Shown here one piece after another: positions 25,801 through 38,308 of a DNA stretch of 64,000 bases; position 1 is the stretch's first letter; every line of letters begins with the position of its first letter. The DNA is from Pocillopora damicornis (taxonomy: Eukaryota). The position numbers and the translations under genes were made by a program. Below the pieces are notes generated by a model. The model had not been told where the DNA came from, did no database searches, and was given only the letters and a program-made list of their open reading frames with translations. Location: positions 124,001-188,000 of the forward strand of contig NW_020846105.1 in the NCBI RefSeq assembly GCF_003704095.1. Reading direction: 5' to 3'.

Positions 25801-28800
25801 CTGGGAGAGAAAAGGTTTGAAAGGGTACTAAATTATAATTTCTTCTCTGTTGCAGATGGAAACTGTGGTCACATCATCTTTACAGAAAGAACTGGAGAAT
25901 TTAAAACTCCAGATTACCCAAAGACATATCCAAGTCATTCAAAATGCTCCTGGTTGATAAAGGCACCTTCAGGATACAAAATCAAATTACAGTATTTTGA
26001 TTTTGTGCTGGAAAGCAGTTTTAATTGCAATAGTGATAATGTTAAAATTTATGAAGGGAAGAACAGTTCTGCCACACTTATAGGAAAGTATTGTGGAGAA
26101 AAAAATCCATTTAATGTGGAAACACCAAGAAGTTATATGTATATCACATTCAAGTCTGACAGATCTTTGAATTATCGTGGATTCAAGGCCTCATTTGTCA
26201 TGGAAGCAATGAGGCCCATAAAATCTATGATTTTTAAAAGAACATTGATGGATACCACTGTAAGAGTTGTTGGGCAACAGGTTAAATTTACTTGCCAGGT
26301 CAAAGATGGAAGTCTAAATATTGTTATTTCATGGACGAAAGATGGAAAAAGCTTGAGTCGGAGTAAATCAAACTTTACCATGATCAAAAACAGTTCTTAC
26401 AACAAGAAATCAACTCTGTTGTTGACCAGAGTGTCAAAACATGATGCTGGAGAGTACAACTGCACAGTGGAGGACATTGATATGGGGAGAAAAATCTCTT
26501 CCTCTGGAAGCCTTCTTGTGAAAGGTACATGTTCTAAAGAGCTCATTCATTTTTGAGCTTTGAAATCAGAAGACTTTGACCAAGCTTTTTGTGTTCTCTC
26601 TGACCATAGAATAAAAATTTAGGTCCAAAATTTTTTTAAGCAATCATTCTGTTATACTATTGGTTGTCCTGTTGTTCTCAGAAAAGTAATTTTTTTTTCT
26701 TAACTCACCAAGGTGTACCATCTTAATTGTGATAAATAAATGTGAAATAATACTTTCTCAACTTTGAGGAAAAGATATCAATCCTCATTTCTTTATGACC
26801 AAAATTGAAAATAAGTGCACATTAATTAAAGTTCTTTTTTTTTCTTCTGAATTTTTAGAAGCAGCCAGCATAAAACAGGGCCCCTCTACCATGAATGTCT
26901 CAACTGGTGACACTGTTGTTATGAATTGCCAAGCCTATGGAGATCCCATTCCTAGGATACGGTATGGCTTTGAATCATTCACAGATCATAATGTACTGTA
27001 GTCTGCATTTGCAATGTTACAAAGATGTAAGGAAGAAACCTTTTTTTTAATTAGAAGAGATGCTATGATAAGCTCCATCAGTGAGGGCCACTTATATATT
27101 AGCCCAATGTATTTAGTAACATGTTGTTTCATTTTCATTTTGCTTTTGGTTTTTTTTTTTAATTGCATTAACAGTTGGAAAGTCAACGGAGAAGAAAAGA
27201 CAGCAATGGCCATCCAAAAGAACTTCACCTCTCAGCTGAAATTCACAGCAGACATAAATGCAGTTGTGAACTGTACAGCAGCCAATCAGTTTGGAATGGA
27301 CTGGAAAGCTACAAATATTGTTGTAACAGGTTAGAATTAACTTAAGGTTTGGCTGATTCTTTCTGATGATGTGCTCCATTTCTAGCTGAGCTGATTCCAG
27401 TTTTCATATTGTGAAGTCACCGGGAGTGTCGTCTCCCCCACCCCCCCCCCTCCCAGACAGGATACGAGTGCGATGCCATTAACAAATTAATGTAGATGCT
27501 GTAATTTAATTAGACTTTAAACACCTGTAAATTGTCACTGACAATTAATGATTTATTATATCTTAATTTATTTCATTAAGCTCCTGTGATACTTACCACT
27601 GTGACAGATGATGACTCAACAACTTTTGCACCCAGCTGGTCTTCACCTGTGATAACTATAGTGCCAGCCAATTTGACTGCAGAGCTGGGAGCTAATGTGA
27701 CATTAAAATGTGCTGCAGAAGGAGATCCTAAACCCAAGATCAGGTACAGTTTGTGCAATGGAAGTGCACTAAGAATGCATAGTAGATACAAATATTAGTA
27801 AATTGTTTTCAGTGAGCTTGTTGTGAATGGCAAGCAATTTTACCAAAATTACCTCAAGCATCTTTTCTTTGACTTCCATGTACATTTGTGTATCCTCACT
27901 ACATGTACATTTATTTATTAAGATTCAAGAATTATTGTTCAAAGCATTCTCATACTTAGCCAGGCTACAGTCTGGCAAAGTGGTCTTAATAAACAATTTG
28001 TTGCCATTCAGTGATGTATCATGATTTGCTTCTTTGTTTAGATGGCTGACAGAGGGTAAATATTACGAGGACTTACCAGAAGATGAAAATGGAGTATCTC
28101 TCTTCACTCTAACAGTTATTAAAGACAGGACAGCTATACAATGTGAGGCAAAAAATAACCACAATATCGACTCAAAGACAGCCTACATTACAGCTGCTAA
28201 AGGTAACAAATTTTCTCATTTTCCAAATCTTTGGTTCTAAGGGGTAACATGGTACTAGTCAATATCAAGGTCTAATAAACATGTGTTTCATTTCCTTGTC
28301 AAACATAGTCCAAATCTCAGTCATCCCAAACTTGTTGAGCAACATTGTTCCACTTAATAAATGAATGTCCTATGCTTTCATTTCTCTGCCAATTATTGAA
28401 AGCCCAAGTTTTTTTAAGAACAAGACTCACTCTGAATTTGAAATTTAATGTCAAAAGTATATGAAAAATGACCTTGTTCTATCTAGAATTACACAATATG
28501 TCATTTATTTTAATTTTATTTTTTAGTTGATGCAGCTGTGGAGTCTAATCCATCATCAGGAGTTTCAACTCAGTTGACCATTATTTTGGTCATGGCATTT
28601 GTTGTGTTAGCTGTCTTGTTCATCCTTTGTGGGGTCCTTGTCATGAATCGCCGTAGCAATTTCAAATTGAAAAACTTACCAACACCTGTTGATTTGGAGA
28701 ACTTACAAAATAATCCAATATATGAGCAGCACACAAACTATTATGTCAACCCACAGCTACTGAATTGGCAGGTATCAAGAAACGGGATGGAATTCATCAA

Positions 28801-29830
28801 AGAACTGGGACATGGAAATGGTAAGTTGATTAAAATTTTGCTAAGTCTTTCGTTGCTTTGAAAACAAGTAGAGATAATTTGCTGTCATATCAGCATAACA
28901 CTCCCTAGCAATGCAGTTGTTTATTTTGATTGCCTTCTTCAGGACAGCATGCATATTAATTACCCTTTTTCATTTACAGGAAACTTCTCAAGCCTCTTTC
29001 TTGCCAGTGTGAATGAAACCAAAGTGGAAAATGACAAGGAAAGAAAAGGTCCACTCTTTATGGTGAAATTGCTCAAAGAAAAATACTCTTTGGAAGAGGA
29101 TAGAAGGAACTTTGAGAAAGATGCTATTGCCCTGACCACATTTAGCCACCCATATGTGCAAAATTTGTATGGTGTCTGTGTGGACAGCCCGCCTCTGTGC
29201 CTTGTGTTTGAGTTTTCAGAGCATGATGAATGCTTGCAGCAATTTCTCATTGAATCAGGCCGTGGTCATTGTTCAATCCATCGACGCACTGATATACAAA
29301 ATGCCAAACCAAAGCTGTCAAACATAGATCAGATATCCATTGCCAAGCAGATAGCAAGTGGTATGGAATACTTAGCAGATAAGGGTTATGTCCACAGAGA
29401 ATTGTGCACCAAGAACTGCATCATGGGCAAAGGAATGGTAGTCAAGATCTCAAACCTGGGTTTCTCTTGGAAAGGTCCAAATAGTGATTACTTCTCCTTG
29501 GGATCCACAGAGCGAGCTGGCTACCCTGTGAGATGGCTCCCCCCTGAAACCCTCCAGTATGGTGTATTTGAAGAGGATACTGACATCTGGTCATTTGGTG
29601 TTGTATTATGGGAGATTTACTCTAGTGGTTTAACGCCATACTATGGAATGAATGATGATGAAGTTATTTCTTTGGTGAATGGTGGAGACATTCTTCCTTG
29701 TCCAAAAGAGTGTCCCAAAGAAATGTATGAAATTATGCAAGGCTGCTGGAAGTTGATGCCAACTGAGAGGCCAAGGTTTAACTGCATTCATCACCAGATC
29801 TCATCACTTTTCAATGGAGTGCCTGTGTAA
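22820..29830 (+). CDS. Receptor tyrosine kinase-like protein: signal peptide, CUB, 3 Ig domains, TM, MuSK/Trk/ROR-class kinase domain with degenerate catalytic motifs (predicted pseudokinase)
   Basis: Exons 22820-22922 (hydrophobic leader, phase 1), 25856-26524 (CUB: CG...TPDYPKTYP..KCSWLI...YCG...FKSD...GFKASF, plus Ig1), 26859-26960 and 27175-27329 (Ig2), 27581-27743 and 28042-28202 (Ig3), 28527-28820 (TM, NPIY), 28980-29830 (kinase: HRELCTKN, KISNLG, PVRWLPPE, DIWSFGVVLWEI; ends GVPV*). Confidence 0.88.
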
Positions 29831-32151
29831 CTGTGTTGCTTTCCAGTAACAATGATTTATTTAAGATAAGGGCTGCAGAAATGTTTATGAGCACCACAAT
29901 CAGAACTTCTGATTGAAATAACACTTCTGACAATTTGCTGTTAATAAGTTCATACTGAGGAACAATTGAAGAATGTTTGTTAAAGGTTCTTTAATTAGAT
30001 TGCATATGAATACTTTGCATAGTGTCTTAATTAATAATGTCTCAGACTTGATTTCATTAAGTCACAGCTTTGGGACCTGCATGATGAGTAAACCCACAAA
30101 TATAATTTTTTTCTAGTTTAGAAAGTAAATTTACCTTTCCATTAAAATACATATTTATATATTTTTGTATATTTTATTTCAAAAAAATTAAGATTGCCTG
30201 TTATCTGTAAATTGACTAGTTATTGTTTGTTGACCGATGTTGGCAGAGTTTTTGTACCTTGTTTCTAGCATAGCTTTGTAGTAATTAATCACTTTGTATG
30301 TTTTGTCAAGGGTTGATGGACAGGTGGTAAAAGGGACCTGTTCTTTACTTAAACTGAGGTATGAAAATTGGAATTTTACAAGACAGTTTAAAGTGGATGA
30401 GTATTGAAAAGAAACTTAAACAATGTTGCGTGTTGTAGAGTAAACAGTGGCAAAATAGAGACTTGCATTATCTAAGTATGACATACCTATATCTGTTTTT
30501 TTTTAAAAAAAGAACTGCAAACAATGTTAATATTTAATATAAGTTTAAAGTAGGTCAAATCATGTAGTGCTGTTGGGAAATGCTCAAGGTTGCCTTGCTT
30601 TTCCAGTTAGTGGGATTTTTTTGGATTACCTGGTTTTTACTTGGGTTGTCCAATGTAAGAACATATGAAAATAAAATTATGGTGGAGCATTTTCTGAAGC
30701 AAATTATGTTGAGGAAGATTTCATTCAAGGGACAGAAATTGAGTACAGTTGGGTTGAACCAGTACAGTTTATTGTTGAGTGTTGTGAATAAATACTCAAA
30801 TAAAGAGATTTAACAATGGAAAATTTGTCGGTCTATTTCCTCTATATTGTTTAATTCATTTAACTAAATTATAAGGAAGTGTGGAGCAGCTAGAAGAGAA
30901 AATAACAAATGAAATCTTATGAAGAGGAGGGTTAATCATAAGGTCAATTGTTGGAGAAGCCATTACTGACAGAAATAGACAAACTTCCTACTTATTCCAC
31001 TGGCATAAACCATGTCTAGTTGCTGGAGGAGACAGTGCTACTTTCAGATTAGAACTTTGGAAAGAAATGGTTTGTGGGTTTTGGATAAAAACACTACTGC
31101 TTGCCTACACTGTGGTTTATATTTTTCTCTAATTTGTTTCAAATTGTTCCACTAACTTAAACTTTTCTATCTGAACTAATATAGTATGGCTAACTTACAT
31201 TTAATGAAGTTGTACTATGACTAATTAATAGAAAAATGATGTTTAAATTTAAGACACTAATGTGTGATAGAAACTCTTGTTTAACTTAGATTTTCCTCAA
31301 AGTTTTTATTTTTGTGAAAAATTCTTAAAGATTTGTCTGGAAATACTATTATGTTAATTCACCTTTTGGATGACTGCTCCTTATTCTACACCAGGAATTG
31401 TTCTTCATCTAATTTACATAAAGGAAGTTATTAGTCAGTTCTAAACTCAGGCAAAATTACAGGCAAATCAACAACTTATCAACAAAAAAAAAAAAGAAGG
31501 ATTTGCCTGACCTGCATGCTCCATATATGATGAAAATTTGGCCATGCATTCTGCAGAGTTTTTTTCATCATCTAAAGGTCATTATTTTCCATTTATAAAG
31601 AAATAAGACAGATAAAGTACGTAAAAACCTGCCAGTACTTCTGTTTATAGTTGAAGCATACTATAAAGGGATTAATTACCCTCACTACTTTGTTTAAATT
31701 TATCTTATTTGTTATTTTAAAACAATTGTTCAAAATACTATCTACAACTTGCAAAGTCAATAACATAATTTTAAAAATGTTACACTCTGTAACACTATGA
31801 TTGGTGCTCACCATCAAGGAAATGGTGATATTGGTATTAAACATAACCTGTTTCTTCATCCATCTAAACTTGTGACCTCAAATGTTTCTAATAGACCACT
31901 GAAAGTGTGTAGCTCAGAAATATGGAATTCCTCTTTAAGGATGCTTGTATCAAGTGGAAATTCTATTGACTCAAACATGATAGATATTTTAATCTTGTGT
32001 CACTCTTTAGGAGGAACACCCAGTCAAGAAAAATGTTTGTTGATTTGAAAAATGTATTCTAAAAATTTTTAAAACCTAATTTCCAATACCAAATAGCATT
32101 AAATACTGTAAACACCATAAATTTAATTTATTATACTTCTTTGATGATGCT

Positions 32152-34098
32152 TCACATGGGTTGTTCTGCTCTATTGGCAATCACTCTTCTGTACATTTCA
32201 GTAACATACACCAGCACCAGTAAAATGATAAGTACATCATCCAAAAGACCAAGAAATCCAAACACAGACTCTGGAATGATGTCCAAAGGAGAAACAAAAT
32301 ATAAAGCTGCTGCGCAAAAACACAAGATGATTCTGAGTCTTAGAACCCAGACAAGTCCTCCAACAGAAAACAGCTCAGTAAACAGTTGATGAAGAAGAGT
32401 GGGCAGGTCATAAATGTAATCCATCCACTGCAAGAAAGAAAGGAATTGTTATAAGTGGAATTGTTGTTGTGAAAAATTATTTGATTGTTGTTTTTTTCAC
32501 TACACTCAAAATCACAGGAATTGTTCATTAAATGATTGGACAAAAATCTTTTTCTTTTGTTATTTCAACAATTTTTTTTTTCTCAAATTTAAATGTTAGC
32601 TTGATATATTATTCTGTGTGTAACCATCAGAAAGCCGGAATAAAGTTTCTGAGTTGTACAACATTGTAAAAAATCAACAGAGAGTGAGCTTTAGACAAAA
32701 CCAAAAAATTGAACTCATGCACAGTTATCTTTGTGAGGCTGCATTATGAGAGGCAAGTCAGAACTTAAATATTAAAATGCTTGTCCTAATTTTGGAAGAT
32801 GAAAATAATAAACGATAAATAATATTGAGAGTATACATTATGCTTGATCATGTAATTTACAAAAAAAATTTGTACATACTGTTGAAACACAAGAGGGGTT
32901 ACTTACAGGTCTTGGTATTCCTGAATATCTACGATTGTACTCATTCATATCATGTCTATGTTGTACTGCTTCTGGTAATGCTCTGTCCTCCTCAGAAAAA
33001 TTTGAAAATAGAATAGTGACCTGTGAAAAGACAAGAATTTAACTTAAACTCAGGTGTAACAGATTTTGCATTTGTGTTTTCCTCCTTGGTAAGATAATTT
33101 TGAAAACCAGCCGTTGTTTAGGAAATGAGCCTAAGCTCCACTCCTTAGACATAAGGACTGGGTTTAAGGGAGCAGTAATAATCAAGTGTAATGGTGCCAT
33201 GACTGAGCTGTGTTCTTTGTAACTCAAAACTTTATTTCCAACAAACTGACCTATAGATCAACCAATCAACTGACTTATAGATCAACCAATCAACTGACCT
33301 ATCTGACTAAAAGATTAGTTCACCAAGGAAGTAAATGACTTTCTGACTGTCTCACAGACTGAATGACTGACTGAATCAATGAGCGCTGACTGACTGTCTG
33401 ACTATGATGAAGCCCTCACCTGTTGTCTGCACACAGGACAGTTGATAGCACCAAGCCACCTTCCATACCTCCAGTATGTTATTATACATGGGGCTAAGAA
33501 AACAAATATATCGAGACTGTCAAGATATTAGCCAGAAAAGAAGGATGAGTACATGGAAACTTGATAACTACACATAAGAAGTCCTGGCATTTTTGTGTTT
33601 TTCCTTCGAGCGTTATAGTAAAGCGCAGGAAGAGAAAAACAAACCGAACAAAATCCTCAATTATATCTGTCAAACGATGATGTTACCGTGATAATATAAT
33701 CGGACATATATGTAAGGGAATTCAAAGAGAGACATACCACAAAAGACATGTCCACAATTGGTAGTGGTACAGAATTTCGTGTCTGTAAGACAAACAGGGC
33801 ACCGTCTATCAGTAGAATAAGTAACAGGTGGCGAATCGGGCAGAACTGGATCATCATTCGCTCCTGTATCACTTCCTTCTCGTCGGACTCCCAGTCTGTC
33901 ACGCACTACACGCACATGCTCTTCTTGTAAGGGATGAATGTTTCTTTGTCCTTGGGTGTTGTACAGAATACTAACTAGCGCTATGAGCCCAAGAGTCGAC
34001 GCCAAACCAATTAACACTTCATCTCCAACACCTTCCACTATTGTTCCTCGAGCGTGAAAGCGAAAATTTATGAGATCAAACAATAACATTAGCGCCAT
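32152..34098 (-). CDS. RNF170: ER-membrane RING E3 ubiquitin ligase RNF170
   Basis: Exons ~33738-34098 ([17 protein letters not shown]...TNCGHVFC), ~33420-33493 ([22 protein letters not shown]), ~32907-33020 (YNRRYSG.PR), 32152-32427 (DLPTLL...FSVGGL...[15 protein letters not shown]). Confidence 0.93.
33245..33405. repeat. 24-bp tandem repeat (~2.4 copies) followed by a degenerate (GACT)n tract in an RNF170 intron
   Basis: actgacctatagatcaaccaatca / actgacttatagatcaaccaatca / actgacctat, then gactgaatgactgactga...ctgactgactg. Confidence 0.7.
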
Positions 34099-34323
34099 TA
34101 CCTCTTTCTATTATCTGATCTCATCATACATGACAGTCCTATCCTCTGAAATGAAACTGCTAGCTAGGAAATTGCGGGCCCTTACAAGTCATTGATAACT
34201 TATCCAGCGGCGCGATATTTCTATGATTTTGTACTTCGTATAACGCAGTCAGTATTTTCTGATGAAATTTTCTGAAAAAGAGTGGGCTTTATTGTTGCTT
34301 TGAAAACTCTTCTCTTCGGAATA
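34099..34323. promoter_or_regulatory. Bidirectional promoter RNF170 / FARSA
   Basis: Divergent ATGs 225 bp apart. CpG-rich (gcggcgcg, gcgggccc) relative to the introns. Confidence 0.6.
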
Positions 34324-37300
34324 ATGGGTACTCAGTCCTTGGAGAGACTGGTATTAGAAGGTGTAGAAGAGAGAGGGAGTATCGAGACTTTCGAATTTGC
34401 TAAAGAACTCGGGAAAGATCATCAATCTATTGTTGGAAGTGTGAAGAGCATCCATGCTCTCGGGGATGTAAGTGTGTTCCTTGTGCAATGGGGATATTTT
34501 ATCGGTAATTTAATGAGAAAGATATTAGTAAATGGTGTTTTTTCGGGTGATTTTAAAGGTGATAAATGTTGAACAACGACAAGCCGAAGGCTGGGTACTG
34601 ACGGACGAAGGAAGTGAAGTGGTAGAGAAAGGTAGCCATGAGTTTCTGGTGTTTAAAGCTGTTCCGCCAGAGGGATTACCTCAAGCGGAAGTAAAGGTAT
34701 TCTATGAAATAGATTTTTGTGTGGCAGTTATTTGATCTCTTTTTATTTTGTGTGCACCGAATGAAGGAAACTCTCTTTACTTCCTTTGTTTTGATGAAAC
34801 TCCACATGGATTCTAAAGAGCAGGATGGATGGGAGGCTCCAAATTCCTTTTGACAGGGTGGGGGTGGTCTCCATGATTAATTATACCAAAACTGAAGTTA
34901 GCTGTGGTAGAAGGCTGCCTCTATTTTCATGTGTCATTTCTGAATATGCCTGTAAGGTACTTACAGGAAGTTAGGCATATGAGGGCAGATAAATGTCCTA
35001 AATACTATCATTTCATCATTATGCAAGGCTGAATCCTCTTCCCAAGAAACTCACAATATCGCTTCCATAATGTCATTGTTGTTTATCATTTTGTGTTGAC
35101 AGAAACTCGGTCCACATGCTAATGTTGGTTTTAGTAAAGCTATGTCAGCTGGATGGCTTCTGTTAAACAAGAATGCAGAGGGAGGACCTAGGGTAATGAG
35201 GAAGGTGAGAATAAAATGCTTGAAACACTTTAGACTTATCCTGTTCTTCACTTTTATAAAGTACACCTTGAATCAGCACTGTACAAGGATCATTCCATCT
35301 GTATTTCATCTGAATTTCATCTGTATATAGATGTTAAATCTAAACATAGTAGAGGTTACGCTTGTGTCCTCAAACTGTGAGCAGAAAGGATAAGTAAAAT
35401 AGCTTTTGCAGATACAGGAAAAATAATTTAATTATTTTTGGGCTTTATTTCTCCATTTAATCTTTCAAAATATGTTATTGAAGGCTGAGGATGTAAAAGA
35501 TGATGTCCAACTTGCACTTATAAAAATCAGAGATCAGCAGCTTTCAGACATCCCTGATGCAAAGATGAAAGAATGCAAGAAAAGGAAGCTCATTAAGACA
35601 CAGTAAGTGCAAATAGTGAAAGATTCTACCCAGCTTAGGTAAAGGACAGTACCTTCTCAGGACTGTTGACTTTCCTAATACTTTGCCCTGTAGATTACCT
35701 ACGAGTCATGTACAGTTTGTTTGCATTTGGTTAGGATCAATGAAACACAAAAGACACTTATACCAGGTGAAAGTACACTTCACCGAGAGTGTCAGCTTTA
35801 ATTCATACATAAAAACAGGGGTATTCAATTGAATAAGTTTCCAATTACATTTTAAGAAATTTTCATTGTTTTTTCAGGGTCATCAAGAGCTTTTATGTGA
35901 CCAAAGGCACTGAATTTACCACATCACCAACAAAACTAGAAGCTGATTTAACAGCAGACATGCTTGCAAGGTTGATTTCTTGAATATTATATAAAGTATC
36001 ATTGTTTTACTATTAATGTAGACAAGAAAAATTTTACTAAAGATTGAAATAAAATTCAATGAAATTTATTCTCTATTGTGACGGAAGTTATTTATCAATA
36101 GGTCACAGCAATGCATTTTTATTTTTTATCAGACGAATTGTGAATATTTTATCCATGTTTACATTTAGTGGTTCTTGGAAAGAGAAGCAATTCAAGCCAT
36201 ACAATTTTGATGCACAAGGAATCATACCAACATCAGGACATCTTCATCCTCTGATGAAAGTTAGAGCACAGTTCAGACAAATCTTCTTAGAAATGGGGTC
36301 AGTAGAGAAGTTTCAAAACTGATTCCTTTATGGTGTTATTCCCTTTATACTCTGAGGTCAGTTCAGTTGTAATGAAGAAGATGAAGACTACAAATTACTG
36401 AGGAGTGGTTGATCTTTTTTAAGGTTTACTGAGATGCCTACAAACAACTTTGTAGAGAGCTCCTTCTGGAATTTTGATTCATTATTCCAGCCTCAACAAC
36501 ATCCAGCCCGTGATGCGCATGACACCTTTTTCATGGCAGGTTAGTGACTACTGAATGTTGCATTGGTTAATAAATTGTCAATTCAGTTCTTCTAATATTT
36601 TCTTCTGCTTTTAGAACCAAAGTATGCTAAGCTCAAGGAAATGCCTGAGTCCTATATTGAAAAAGTGAAAATCATGCATGAATCTGGAGGACATGGATCA
36701 CAGGGGTAAGAACTAATTTCGCAACTTATTTTTTACACAATTCAATTTATACTTTGCAATTTAACAAACATTCCCTTGGCTTTGAAGTCAACCAGAGATA
36801 AATGCGCTACTCAGAAATGCAGTAGTAAGGATACTGGAAAAGCTACAGCTTTGATTGGAAGAATGACAACTGTATTTACTTGAATGGCTTTCAGTTTCTG
36901 GGGGTGATTAACACTAGATAAATGTGATTGATTTTTCAGATATAAATATGAATGGAAACTTGAAGAAGCCAAAAAGAACATTCTCAGAACTCATACAACT
37001 GCTGTTAGTGCAAGGATGCTGTACAAACTGGCTCAACAGGTTCTCAGCAATAGTTTTAGCTAATTTAAAAATTGTTTTATTGTATTTAGCCTGGTTGATG
37101 GAGCACAAAGATCTTTGATTTTACTTGTTTGAATATTATTAACTCTAACTTGTTTTTTCACTTTTCAATGTTGATGAATTAAATGTAGAAGTCAACTGAA
37201 CTATGTTTTACTTGCAGGAAAAATTCACACCAGCCAAGTATTTTTCAATAGATCGAGTGTTCCGGAATGAGACCCTAGATGCTACTCATTTAGCAGAGTT

Positions 37301-38308
37301 TCATCAGATTGAAGGTGTCGTTGCAGATTATAACTTGACTCTTGGGGATTTGATTGGAGTGCTCTATGAGTTTTTCAAGAAGCTAGGTTAGTTTTAAGTG
37401 TAACTTTTGGTATTTTTGTCACATTGGTAAAAGGGGATTTACTGTATGAAGCAGAAGAACTACAGTCCATATATCAATAATTTTTTTCCAATTCCACAGG
37501 AATTACAAAGTTAAGATTCAAGCCAGCATACAATCCTTACACAGAACCAAGCATGGAAGTTTTCAGTTATCATGAAGGTACTCATTAAATAAAATTTCTG
37601 CTTCATCAGATTTCATTTATAGACAACTAGAGCTAAATCAGCTGACTAGAACCAATCTTCTGGAGCACTCTAGGTAGTTGACTTCATTCATTTACACTCA
37701 TTTTTCTTGCCTGAAAAACACTTTCCATAGTCAGTATTGTTTGTGTGGTTATGAAGGTTTACATGATTTATTTACTGTATGTTACAATCAAAGATTTTAA
37801 CATTTTCAGGCCTCAAGAAGTGGGTTGAAGTTGGCAATTCAGGGGTTTTCAGACCTGAAATGTTACTCCCAATGGGCTTACCAAAAGATGTGTCTGTTAT
37901 TGCTTGGGGACTTTCCTTGGAAAGGTAAGTGTTCAGTGAGTGTTATCTGTTATTATTAAACTTATTGTCATGTTGTTTCCCATCTGTATTGCGTTTAAGT
38001 GTTAATTACCTTTCACCCCTTTGACTGTTTGTACATCTCAATAGTTGTATTGTGTACTTGTGGTGGATGTTTGTATCATCATGTAGTGTTACATAATTTA
38101 TATCAATTTGTTAGGTTTTTTTGTATAAATTTTGAGTGAAAAGGTTTATCCAATGTTGGCTGATTGCTCTTTATTTTTGATTTACATTCACTCCAGGCCA
38201 ACCATGATCAAATACAAGATTTCAAACATTCGGGATTTAATAGGACACAAAGTGGACCTTGAATTGGTTCACAAGAATCCCATTTGTCTTCTGGAAAAAT
38301 CTAATTGA
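34324..38308 (+). CDS. FARSA: Cytoplasmic phenylalanyl-tRNA synthetase alpha subunit
   Basis: Multi-exon gene with the motifs [103 protein letters not shown]. Stop TGA 38306-38308. Confidence 0.97.

Noticed and set aside
29831-32151. Possible extra gene between the receptor and RNF170 (short ORFs 30580-30813, 31593-32048)
   Set aside because: AT-rich with no recognisable protein motifs; consistent with convergent 3' UTRs.
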